This document shows positions 41,249 through 49,891 of a stretch of 64,000 nucleotides of DNA, piece after piece. The translations under genes and the position numbers were made by a program. Source of the stretch: a virus; the IMG/VR virus record IMGVR_UViG_3300030117_004232, positions 9,969 to 73,968 of that record. One strand, 5' to 3'. The notes beneath the pieces are model-generated. The model did not search any database. It saw only the letters and a program-made list of their open reading frames with translations, and had not been told where the DNA came from. Each line of letters begins with the position of its first letter. The stretch's first letter is position 1.

Positions 41249-42243
41249 GCTTCGGCCTCCCATGCTTTGCGATATTCTTCGGGGTCATCGCTTCCATCCC
41301 ATGCAGGGCAGATACCCTTGAATGAACAGTATGAACATCTACCTTGACTTGGGTTAGTCTCAAAGTTGTTTGTCAAGTAAGCCATGAGCAGAGCATCGAC
41401 CATGCGTCGAACTTTCTTGGCATAGTCGTTATGGCGACGACCTGTGCATGGTTCGTACCAAATACGATTGGTGGACTTCTGCTCATATCCCCACTTGTTC
41501 ATTGAAGGGACTTCGACATGGTCACCTGACGGATAGACCCAGCCCCAGTGCGTCACATCTTGGTATTCGTGGTCGCACAGTTCAAGCAGTTTCTTGTAGA
41601 ACATCATCTCAGTGCGCATCGACTTGACCTTGAAGTCTGAATCAATCCAGTTGCCATCCTTCAGAGTTTTTATCCATTTACCTGTCTTCAATTCCATGAG
41701 GGCTACTGAACCTTCAGGTGTGCGGAATCCTCGGTCAATCATACCCGCATAGTGTACAGGAATGGTGATGGTTTCACCATTGAACTCAATGGTTTCATCA
41801 GTGAATCCGTGTAGTTCCAATTCGTTGATGATGGGTAGGAATCGTGTGACTCCATCCCCAAGTAATCGGTCGAGGTCTATCTCTAATCGTGAATCAATCG
41901 CTGCCTGCTCGCCCAACACATAGGACTCTTCAGGTACAGGGAGGGCCTTCTGAAAGAGTTCCATGGCCTCATCCCTTTTGTTGGCTTGCAGCAAGTCATA
42001 CGCCTTTTGGACATACGGAACGACGTTGACATAGAAGCCTTCGATTGCATCGTGGACATTCGTACCCTTTGTCATCGCATCAGAGCCGGGTTCCGGTAAC
42101 TTGTGTATGCGCTTGTATTCATACTGCTTAGGGCAGTAATCGAAATCACTCGTCAGGCTCGACTTGGTGATGCGTAGGTACTTCTCGTGCCCCGGCTTCC
42201 ATTGGTATGTGGATTTGGCGTATTGCTTGAAGTCCCTAGCCAT
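41245..42243 (-). CDS. Cas4-like/AddB-type PD-(D/E)XK exonuclease with Fe-S cluster
   Basis: N-terminal CPKQY, GT.VH, GMID...ELKTG and C-terminal CSYC..IC. Confidence 0.85.
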   Translation of the reverse strand: MARDFKQYAKSTYQWKPGHEKYLRITKSSLTSDFDYCPKQYEYKRIHKLPEPGSDAMTKGTNVHDAIEGFYVNVVPYVQKAYDLLQANKRDEAMELFQKALPVPEESYVLGEQAAIDSRLEIDLDRLLGDGVTRFLPIINELELHGFTDETIEFNGETITIPVHYAGMIDRGFRTPEGSVALMELKTGKWIKTLKDGNWIDSDFKVKSMRTEMMFYKKLLELCDHEYQDVTHWGWVYPSGDHVEVPSMNKWGYEQKSTNRIWYEPCTGRRHNDYAKKVRRMVDALLMAYLTNNFETNPSQGRCSYCSFKGICPAWDGSDDPEEYRKAWEAEA

Positions 42244-42476
42244 CAGATGTTCCCCCTGTATTTTCGCTTCTCACTCTTCATGCCCACACGCTCAGTCGTG
42301 TTGACTGGTATCATGTCTGGGTCGAAGTCGGTGAGTTTGCTCTGAGTCTCCGGTACAAAGATGTTCGGGTCGAATTCATCCAGTGTGGTCTGCCTTGTTG
42401 TAATGCCACCGCATTGGCAGTATTGCTTACGCTCAGATATTTCTGGCTTCTTTCTGAATCTGTCAAACCACTTCAT
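42243..42476 (-). CDS. Small protein with two PIP-box-like motifs
   Basis: QTTLDEF and QSKLTDF. Confidence 0.55.
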   Translation of the reverse strand: MKWFDRFRKKPEISERKQYCQCGGITTRQTTLDEFDPNIFVPETQSKLTDFDPDMIPVNTTERVGMKSEKRKYRGNI

Positions 42477-42664
42477 TCATTCCCCTCCATCTCAATCAGT
42501 TTCTGTAGATAGACTGCTAGGTCCATCGCTTCCTCTTGCGCGTGGATAAGCCACTCTAATCGTGTGAGTGGGGCTGTCTCCATTGTGACGCCATACTTCT
42601 GTTTACCAACGTCTGAGCGTTGTTGTATCTTCTTGCATACTTCATCTTCTACTCTACTCATATT
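42473..42664 (-). CDS. Small MazG-like/nucleotide pyrophosphohydrolase-like helical protein
   Basis: G.QKYGVTM...WLIHAQEEAMDLAVYLQK (EE..D metal-binding helix). Confidence 0.55.
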   Translation of the reverse strand, partial: NMSRVEDEVCKKIQQRSDVGKQKYGVTMETAPLTRLEWLIHAQEEAMDLAVYLQKLIEMEGNE

Positions 42665-42665
42665 A

Positions 42666-45059
42666 TCACCCATACCTCTTCGGTCGTGCTGCACCTGCTG
42701 CGAAATCTAGATTCCAATTCAGTGCGTTGAATATACTCTTAACCTTGGACTTGACCAACTTGTCCACCATCGTGTCATAGTCAAGTGTGTAACCCGCCAA
42801 GTCTGCCTCCTCACGATATGCGACGATGTCTGTCTTTGGCAAGCCATCCGGTACGCCACTGACATACACCCAGTTTACGCTATTTCCCTCACCCATGCGC
42901 TCGGACTTACCTTTCGCAATGTGTTCGTTGTAGTAACGTGCGCCCTTAACGCCCGGTACGCCCGCACTAGGGGCATACTGATTGAGTTTCTTTTGGATGC
43001 GGGTGGTGCCTGTGATTTCTGATATATCGACATCGCCTCTAGCAATTCGCTTGGATAGTGGGCGCACCATATCAATGACCTCATCCTCATCTGCACCTGT
43101 GCAAACGGCTGTCAGTACATCGTTCTCCAAATTCTTGGAGATGGGAGCGAGCGTGCTGATTTTACCAAACCGAGCAGACTTGACTTTGCCCTCATCTTCG
43201 GGTGGCCAAGAGCAGATGCCATAGTACAGGTTCTTCCCTGCAACCAACCAGTAGGGCATGTATGCCTCAAACTCTACGATGAGTGCGTGCTCTTGGTAGC
43301 GTCGTTGAATCTCTTCAGTCAGATGCTTAGCGAGTGCAGGTGCCTCGTCGAATGGCACTTTGACAAAGGCAGAGTCCGTGTGCCCGTATAGGGCCTCGTA
43401 GCCCTGTGCCTGCGACTCTTCCATGAGGAACTTGATAGCGCGACGACCGCAGGCTGTGATTGCACTGGCGATGTCAAAGTCTGACCAACCCCAGTGTGCA
43501 GATGCAGTCATCCCGTAGAAAGAGGCCATGACACGCTTCACTGCAAGTTGCATGGTGTTCCATCCCTTTCTCTCAGTTTCTGTCGCAGACTCTTTCATTT
43601 TCTTCTTGTACATATCACGGAGGTCAAACATCTCAGTCACAATACGTGGAAGCAGGCCCGGTTCACCCTGTTGCCAACAAGTACCATCAGGTAACTCATG
43701 TACATCATCGTCGTTGGCTCTACCTTTGGGCACGCGTGTCTCCCATGAGAAGTTGTGACTAAGGATAAGGCTCGGGTACAGACCCTTGTAATCTAAACAC
43801 GCTACGCCTTCATAGCGCCCCGGTGTGGGTGGTGGAATGTATGCACCTTCGTACTCTTGCTTCTCTTGTTGAGAGCGAGTCGGTGCTTTCCAATGTGTGC
43901 GCCTCGACAGGAGGCCCCGCGCAAACCGAGTCACGTTGTGACAAGATGTGAACGAAACGCCTGTGATTCGTTGGAGTGATAAGTAAAAGTTCAGAACGTG
44001 ATTTTCCTCATCTATTTTTTTGAGGAGGAGGACATCCTGCATACAGTATGCGACGTAATCATCGAAGCGGTCATACCATCCCGTATGTACGTCCATCTCA
44101 AACTTTCCACCATAGCCAAGAGTCTCAGCAATGGTGTTCAATTTGAGGTTCTTGAGTTGGGGTTGGCCACTGTCTTTCCATACCCGCTCAAAGCCAGTCC
44201 CACTTCTCAGCGGGGCCGCTGTGTCGAAGCAAAGTCGACCGCAAATCGGCTGTGCTGTGTAGTCATATCCTCGGTTCCCTTGAGGTGGTCTGAGCACTCT
44301 TCCGAGTGGACTTAGTCTCCTAAACTCAGGGAAACGCCTGACAATGTGGGGAAGGTCGGCCCACATTATCGCATGTGCAACGAAGATGTCAGGGTTGCAT
44401 TCTTCCAGATATTCAAAGAATGCTTGGTACATAGATTCCTCATCCATGTACAGATGTTGTTCGTATGTGAAGTGGTGGCGAATCCCATCTTCGTCAGTGT
44501 TATCGACTTCGACATTTTCTATAGAAACCAAACCATTCTCATCTACTTCTCCCAAATCTTTGGCTCGATAATTGGATGATTCTGACCAACAGAAAACTAC
44601 ATTCCTTTCGTTGTAACTATCTGTGACGGCCATGACGGTCGTGAAATCCTTCTTTGGGTCCCACTCAAGGTCAAAGTGCCAAACGCGGGGCTTCCACTCA
44701 GGCATTTCATCTATAGAATCAATGAGGTATCTGTCTGTCAAACTGAGGTCACCCTCCCACGTTTGGCCGAATTCCTTGGTCATCTCCCTGATGTCCGTCG
44801 TTCTATAGGCGTAGACCTTGACCAACTCTTCATTTGTCCGCAACGCCTGAGCACGGTCATACCAGTCGATAGACGAGCCCGGATACCGAGCAAGCGCACG
44901 GTCTATAATTCTCTGAGGGGTGCTGGCCTTAATCCAGAAGTAAGGTTGGAAGTCTTCGACCACCTCTTCGATGAGGTTTCCATCAGCGTCACGCCACCGT
45001 TTGTAGATGTGGTCGGGACCTTCTGGGTCTGGTCTGAAGACATCGATAATCATGTTCAA
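42666..45059 (-). CDS. polB: Family B DNA polymerase
   Basis: Exo motifs FDLE and Y.MQD; polymerase motifs DYKGLYPS, KRVMASFYG, YGHTDS and KNLY. No intein. Confidence 0.95.
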   Translation of the reverse strand: MNMIIDVFRPDPEGPDHIYKRWRDADGNLIEEVVEDFQPYFWIKASTPQRIIDRALARYPGSSIDWYDRAQALRTNEELVKVYAYRTTDIREMTKEFGQTWEGDLSLTDRYLIDSIDEMPEWKPRVWHFDLEWDPKKDFTTVMAVTDSYNERNVVFCWSESSNYRAKDLGEVDENGLVSIENVEVDNTDEDGIRHHFTYEQHLYMDEESMYQAFFEYLEECNPDIFVAHAIMWADLPHIVRRFPEFRRLSPLGRVLRPPQGNRGYDYTAQPICGRLCFDTAAPLRSGTGFERVWKDSGQPQLKNLKLNTIAETLGYGGKFEMDVHTGWYDRFDDYVAYCMQDVLLLKKIDEENHVLNFYLSLQRITGVSFTSCHNVTRFARGLLSRRTHWKAPTRSQQEKQEYEGAYIPPPTPGRYEGVACLDYKGLYPSLILSHNFSWETRVPKGRANDDDVHELPDGTCWQQGEPGLLPRIVTEMFDLRDMYKKKMKESATETERKGWNTMQLAVKRVMASFYGMTASAHWGWSDFDIASAITACGRRAIKFLMEESQAQGYEALYGHTDSAFVKVPFDEAPALAKHLTEEIQRRYQEHALIVEFEAYMPYWLVAGKNLYYGICSWPPEDEGKVKSARFGKISTLAPISKNLENDVLTAVCTGADEDEVIDMVRPLSKRIARGDVDISEITGTTRIQKKLNQYAPSAGVPGVKGARYYNEHIAKGKSERMGEGNSVNWVYVSGVPDGLPKTDIVAYREEADLAGYTLDYDTMVDKLVKSKVKSIFNALNWNLDFAAGAARPKRYG

Positions 45060-45817
45060 TCCTCCTCATACTCTTGGTCGATGACCACCATTAGGAAGTC
45101 AGTACTTACTTGCTTGAGCACTATCACGCACTCGTCACTTGTGTGAATGTCGAGTTCCCCACTGGGGAGATTCTCCAATAGTTCAGGCAACCAATAGTCG
45201 AATGCTGAGCGTGCAGAAATGTCAGGCGATTCGATGTCAATGAGCGGGGCTCGTACAAACATCTTGCCCTTGTTGGATGAGCCACCACGAATCACCAACT
45301 CTGCACCTTGGGGGTCGAACTCAGTCTTGCATGAGAACTTACTACCCACGACCTTGCTAAACTTACTTGCAGGTTTCAGCGATTCGGCTGTAACTTTCGC
45401 ATGGTATTTGAGTGGGAATCCTGCCCACTTCTGCCACATGCTTTCCTCAGCCTCACGGATTAGGCGACTCATCAATCCAACCTTGTCCTGTGATTGAATG
45501 TAGGATGATGTCGGTAACTGTAGGCTTGACGATGGACCTACGATATGCAGGGTGCTCGCCTTGCCTGATTGAGTAATCTTGAGGTCGCCACTCTTCATGG
45601 TGCCCATGAACGCTTTGACCTTGGCCAAGTCACTGATGTTCACCTTGCCCGGTTGGCTGACATCACACTCCACCTTTCTGCGGATGAAGTGTGTGTCCTT
45701 ACCAACTGAGGCGTGGATGCCATCGCTCTTGGCTTCGATGACCAAGTCTGCTAGGTCCTTACCGAAACTGCTCAAGAAGTCCTTGAGGCCACTGTGTGAG
45801 ATTGTAAATTCTGTCAT
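45056..45817 (-). CDS. Putative sliding clamp (PCNA-like)
   Basis: 253 aa with a two-domain alpha/beta pattern, adjacent to PolB; an RFC gene is nearby. Confidence 0.6.
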   Translation of the reverse strand: MTEFTISHSGLKDFLSSFGKDLADLVIEAKSDGIHASVGKDTHFIRRKVECDVSQPGKVNISDLAKVKAFMGTMKSGDLKITQSGKASTLHIVGPSSSLQLPTSSYIQSQDKVGLMSRLIREAEESMWQKWAGFPLKYHAKVTAESLKPASKFSKVVGSKFSCKTEFDPQGAELVIRGGSSNKGKMFVRAPLIDIESPDISARSAFDYWLPELLENLPSGELDIHTSDECVIVLKQVSTDFLMVVIDQEYEED

Positions 45818-45838
45818 AGTATCATATCCTGTAAAGGG

Positions 45839-45975
45839 TTGGGGGGAAGAGGTGGGCGGAGTTGAAGCGCCCAGTGCCGTTGCACTCCTGCTGGTATCCT
45901 CTTATTACTGCACAAACCCCCAAGCGTCGGCTAACTGTGGATATATTGCGATGGTCCACCCTGCCGTGCCGACGC
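45839..45975 (-). ncRNA. Putative structured intergenic RNA
   Basis: Six short perfect inverted-repeat pairs in ~140 nt, including a T-arm-like hairpin (see findings). Confidence 0.45.
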
Positions 45976-45983
45976 AGATGTAA

Positions 45984-46970
45984 TCATAGCATGTTGTCCC
46001 TCATCTCAGCGAGTCCGTACCATGTGGCCTCCTCGCCCTTCTTCGTCACGAAGTACACTCGCTCCTGACCCTTGAGGTTGGAGTTGGTCTTCTGCTTGAA
46101 GAAATCAACATAGTGTCGCACTTCCCCTGTGGTTGAACCATCAGAGTTGCGCATCACCTGTGTCTTACACCATAGGATTTGGAACAGGTCGTTGGTCGCA
46201 CTCTTCTCCCATGCGAACTTCCAACCATCGAATCCAATCTTGCCCTCTCGGTCCTCTTTGAGATGTGTCTCCCAAAAGACATCGACTCCAAGGCTGTTGA
46301 GTTGACGGCAGATTGCAGTCAGTTGTCGGAATCGTGTGGAACGAATGCCCCAGTTCCAACCAATCTCTTGATTGAGTTTGGATTGAGATGCTTCGATAGC
46401 ATCCTTCGCATTCATATCCAAGTCGTAGATTTTCATGATGTCCATGCACATGCCGTCGAACTGGTCAACCGCCGTGACAAGGAATGTCTTGAGCAGAGGG
46501 CCTTCAAAGCCTTCTTCGTACTGCTTACTCGCATACTCTACGGCTGCCTTACCGATGTCCATGACACGCTGATAGGTTGCGATGTAATCGTAGGCCGTGC
46601 GGTCCTCCATCTGCATTACCCATGGTGAGAAGGTACGGAAGCGTGCATCGTCCCGATAGTGCGCCTGCTTGCAAGCCATTGCACCATTGTCGAAATCGAG
46701 TGCCCAGAGCATCTCTCCCTCCTTGAATCGGTGGGCGTGGGCATCCAGTACTAGACCGGACTTACCCACACCCTCATGCCCTACCATACCACAGAAGACG
46801 TGTGATACCTTGGATGGTTCACCGAGTCCTTCCATCTCTTTGATGATGTCAGGAAAACTGCTGACAAATGCCTCTGAGGTTACAGGTGCCTGTGCTGCGA
46901 TGGGTGCGTCTTCAGGGACTACTTCCTTCTCCGCTTCGCTGGTCTGCGCTAGTGCTCCCCATCCACTCAT
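45984..46970 (-). CDS. RecA-fold recombination ATPase (Sak4/AAA_24-like)
   Basis: Walker A GHEGVGKS, ALDFDNG and VFWETHLK. Confidence 0.7.
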   Translation of the reverse strand: MSGWGALAQTSEAEKEVVPEDAPIAAQAPVTSEAFVSSFPDIIKEMEGLGEPSKVSHVFCGMVGHEGVGKSGLVLDAHAHRFKEGEMLWALDFDNGAMACKQAHYRDDARFRTFSPWVMQMEDRTAYDYIATYQRVMDIGKAAVEYASKQYEEGFEGPLLKTFLVTAVDQFDGMCMDIMKIYDLDMNAKDAIEASQSKLNQEIGWNWGIRSTRFRQLTAICRQLNSLGVDVFWETHLKEDREGKIGFDGWKFAWEKSATNDLFQILWCKTQVMRNSDGSTTGEVRHYVDFFKQKTNSNLKGQERVYFVTKKGEEATWYGLAEMRDNML

Positions 46971-47314
46971 TCTTTCAACTCCTCATCTGTTTCTGGTCTG
47001 TAAATTTCAACCATTAAATCAATCCCTTCCTCATCAATTTCCCAACCAAACTCCGCAGGGTCGTAGTTCACTTCTTCGACCTCTTCGTTGATAGCCAGCA
47101 TCAGGTGATGAGGCCAATCCTCGTTCTTGGGTGTGTCTGAAAAGGCGATGGCTTGTGTCATAGTTCCGACACCCCACTCAACGGATTGGATATTCTCTCC
47201 GTCGTCATCCAAGTGTGCTTCAATGTGAATCACCTTGTCTGTCCCACGGACATCAAATGTCCACGGCTCACCTGTCATGAGTCTGTCAAAGATTCCCTGT
47301 TCAAACGGATGCAT
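46967..47314 (-). CDS. Acidic hypothetical protein
   Basis: Coupled ORF, very D/E-rich. Confidence 0.6.
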   Translation of the reverse strand: MHPFEQGIFDRLMTGEPWTFDVRGTDKVIHIEAHLDDDGENIQSVEWGVGTMTQAIAFSDTPKNEDWPHHLMLAINEEVEEVNYDPAEFGWEIDEEGIDLMVEIYRPETDEELKE

Positions 47315-48612
47315 CACTGGTCACCTCCGAATTGATTGAGGGATGTGTTGCCACCAGTGGCCGCAGGGCGAGCCGTGCGTGGTGGTACAAACACACCCAG
47401 TGCAGTAACACTTGGTAGGGTGTCGTTGTTGTAAGGGCGCAACTTAAGGCGACCGATGACGATAACCTGTGTGCGCTCTGCGTATGGTACCCATTCACCC
47501 GGACTCTTCTCGTAGTCGAATGGATGTTGGTCGTCGTACAATGCGCCCGGAATCCAGACAGTGACCTCTGAGTGAGGACTGTCACGACCGTTGCGTGATT
47601 GCAATGCTAGACTGGTGACGCTCATACGGAATGAGCGGCCTGTCGAATCGTACTCAGAGTCCATTGGCTCTTTGTTCAATCGACTCACGTATCCCTTGGT
47701 GATGACAATTGGATTCATTGTGTTACCATTGGGCAACTGAATCTTGCGGTCACCGTGTGCTTCGACAAGTTCGCTGAGGTCCACGTATTCCTTGTGCATC
47801 TGGTCGTTGGACAAGAGGCGCTCGGGTCGTAGTTCAGCACGTAGTTCATCAGGCACAAACGAATCTGTGTACTCCACGGTCTCGTGGAAGTTGCGGTTCG
47901 TGTACAGTGTGTCTCTACCCTCTTGGGTAGGTGGAACCACCTGAATCTTACACGGTGTGTAGTACTGGTAGTCCGCGTTCATTGCGTTGTTGGTCAAAGC
48001 CACGCGCCACATTTTGATGTCGCTTGAGCGCTCATCAGAGCCAAGGAAATACATGTTGCGCACCATGCTGGTCGGTGCCATTGGTTTTCCTACGTTTGCG
48101 CTGCCTTGGTTGGTGTTCAGCAAGCACAGGATGAGGTCATCGTGCTCAAATGCGAACCAAGGTAGTTCACTGCCGTCTACGCGCTCACCTGTTGGCTCAC
48201 CGTTGATACACCAGTTCCCTTCTCTTGCTGTCACAATGCCGATAACTCGGTCACTGATTGCTCGGTCTTGGTTACTCTTGAACAGATTGAGAGCGGATTG
48301 TCTCGCATTCTCTCTCTGGTCTCTTGCACTCGATTCGATGGCTACCATCATACCGACGTATGTGCTTGTCTCTCGCTGACTTCCACCAGATGCTCCGAGG
48401 TTGCGTGTTTCGATAACGAACATCTCTGTCCATTCCGTCACGAGGAAAGAGTCTTCTGAGTGGATGTCATCCACCTCAAACTCAGCCTTCAGCCAGTCTT
48501 TCAACTGAGTGAGGGCTTCCCCTGTGCTGATACCCAGCCTCTCGGCATAGGCACCTAGCCTCTCCTGTACACCTGTGGGAAGCGTGTCCCATTCATTTCC
48601 TTCATTTTCCAT
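47314..48612 (-). CDS. Putative RPA-like ssDNA-binding protein (OB folds)
   Basis: OB-like strands (VITKGYVSRL, VTVWIP, VIVIGRLKL) next to the recombination ATPase and RFC. Confidence 0.5.
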   Translation of the reverse strand: MENEGNEWDTLPTGVQERLGAYAERLGISTGEALTQLKDWLKAEFEVDDIHSEDSFLVTEWTEMFVIETRNLGASGGSQRETSTYVGMMVAIESSARDQRENARQSALNLFKSNQDRAISDRVIGIVTAREGNWCINGEPTGERVDGSELPWFAFEHDDLILCLLNTNQGSANVGKPMAPTSMVRNMYFLGSDERSSDIKMWRVALTNNAMNADYQYYTPCKIQVVPPTQEGRDTLYTNRNFHETVEYTDSFVPDELRAELRPERLLSNDQMHKEYVDLSELVEAHGDRKIQLPNGNTMNPIVITKGYVSRLNKEPMDSEYDSTGRSFRMSVTSLALQSRNGRDSPHSEVTVWIPGALYDDQHPFDYEKSPGEWVPYAERTQVIVIGRLKLRPYNNDTLPSVTALGVFVPPRTARPAATGGNTSLNQFGGDQ

Positions 48613-48642
48613 ACTTATCTCTCCTTTTGTTTCTCCTTTTGT

Positions 48643-48903
48643 TTACCACCTTACTACTTCGTGGAATCTCTCCATTTGCTTTCGTGTGACTTTGATAAAT
48701 GACTCAAGGTCTTCTAGGTCTGCTGTGATGTCATAATGTGTCCCTAGAACTTTGTGCCTTTCGTGATGGTACGCCTTGCATTCTTCTACGCTTCCTAACC
48801 AATCATAGAGATTGTTACGTAAGATGTTAAGGCAGTCCCACAGGCTTTGCTGTTCGGGTGTCATATCATTGACGTTCGTTCCTTTCGGTATTGTCGTTTC
48901 CAT
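48643..48903 (-). CDS. Hypothetical helical protein
   Basis: ORF in operon with SD. Confidence 0.55.
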   Translation of the reverse strand: METTIPKGTNVNDMTPEQQSLWDCLNILRNNLYDWLGSVEECKAYHHERHKVLGTHYDITADLEDLESFIKVTRKQMERFHEVVRW

Positions 48904-48906
48904 TTT

Positions 48907-49845
48907 TCATTCCTCCTTCATATTTTTCTTCAGTTTTGCTACAAAGTACTCAACAAATGCCAAGTCGTCGTCGGGCCACTGTGTGGCCAACATGACGAAC
49001 TCGCCATAAGTGAGCATGAACTTGTGCCAATCATCTTCACTCTCCATGAGAGGTTTGGCTCGGAAGCGGAGTCCTTTAAGCACTCCGATTCTGCTGTTGC
49101 CTGACTCCAACGCTTGGGTCAGCAAGGCAGTGACCTGTGGGAAAGCACTACCCATCAAGTTGATGGCGGCTTTGTTGAGGGCGTTTGTATCTCGCTTGAG
49201 ATATTCTAGTAGTGCACCATCTTCTTTGGGCAATGCCTGAAGGGTGTCTATGCTTCTTCGTAGGCTACCACCATGTAATCGATTGAGGGAACCGAAATGG
49301 TCTGCCCAAGTAGTAGGTATTGTTGTCTTTTCGTGGAATTGGATATGATGGAGGCGTTCACAAGCCTCATCGTCGGAGAGCGGCTTGAACACGTATGTCA
49401 TGCATCTGTCTCGGATGGCACTGTTTATCCGCCCAATATCATTGGCTGCCAAGATGAAGATGGTAGTCTTGTGACTGTCCTCCATAATTTGCTTGAGGGC
49501 TTTCTCTCCTTGAGGGGTGAACTCATCCGCCTCGTCTAAGAAGATGATGCGGCGACTGACACCAAGTCCCTTCTGCTTACTGATGCTCTTGAGTTCTCTC
49601 ACAGCATCAATGCCTCTGTCATCACTGGCGTTGGTAACAATGAAATTCATCGGGTCAAAGTATTCACCAAGCAAGTCTCTTGCCAATGCCTTAGCAGCAC
49701 TACTCTTTCCTGTCCCCGATGGACCAACGAACAACAGGTTAGGTGGGCACGAGTCAAGGTCCCACTGCATCGCAGCGTTCTTGTACTCTTGGCAACCTAC
49801 GAGTTCACTCGTGGTAGTGGGTCTGTATTTCTCTCTCCAATCCAT
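48907..49845 (-). CDS. rfcS: Replication factor C small subunit (clamp loader)
   Basis: WREKYRP, GPSGTGKS, NASDDRGID, LDEAD, FILAAN and IRDRC motifs. Confidence 0.95.
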   Translation of the reverse strand: MDWREKYRPTTTSELVGCQEYKNAAMQWDLDSCPPNLLFVGPSGTGKSSAAKALARDLLGEYFDPMNFIVTNASDDRGIDAVRELKSISKQKGLGVSRRIIFLDEADEFTPQGEKALKQIMEDSHKTTIFILAANDIGRINSAIRDRCMTYVFKPLSDDEACERLHHIQFHEKTTIPTTWADHFGSLNRLHGGSLRRSIDTLQALPKEDGALLEYLKRDTNALNKAAINLMGSAFPQVTALLTQALESGNSRIGVLKGLRFRAKPLMESEDDWHKFMLTYGEFVMLATQWPDDDLAFVEYFVAKLKKNMKEE

Positions 49846-49858
49846 TTTGGCTCACAAC

Positions 49859-49884
49859 CATATCTTTCTTGTTTCTATTTAAAG
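49859..49884 (-). promoter_or_regulatory. Repeated TATA-containing element, copy 1
   Basis: CTTTAAATAGAAACAAGAAAGATATG on the - strand, upstream of rfcS; identical copies at 55239-55264 and 61528-61553. Confidence 0.7.
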
Positions 49885-49891
49885 GACCAGT

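Noticed and set aside
41245-42243. Cas4 as evidence of a CRISPR-Cas system
   Set aside because: No cas1/cas2 or array is present. Solo Cas4-like nucleases are common in archaeal virus replication modules.
42666-45059. Inteins in PolB, RFC, helicases or the giant protein
   Set aside because: Enzyme lengths are normal, and I saw no intein C/S...HN splice motifs or LAGLIDADG blocks.
45847-45903. Bona fide tRNA gene
   Set aside because: No canonical D-arm, 7-nt anticodon loop or CCA. Kept only as a tRNA-like structured element.
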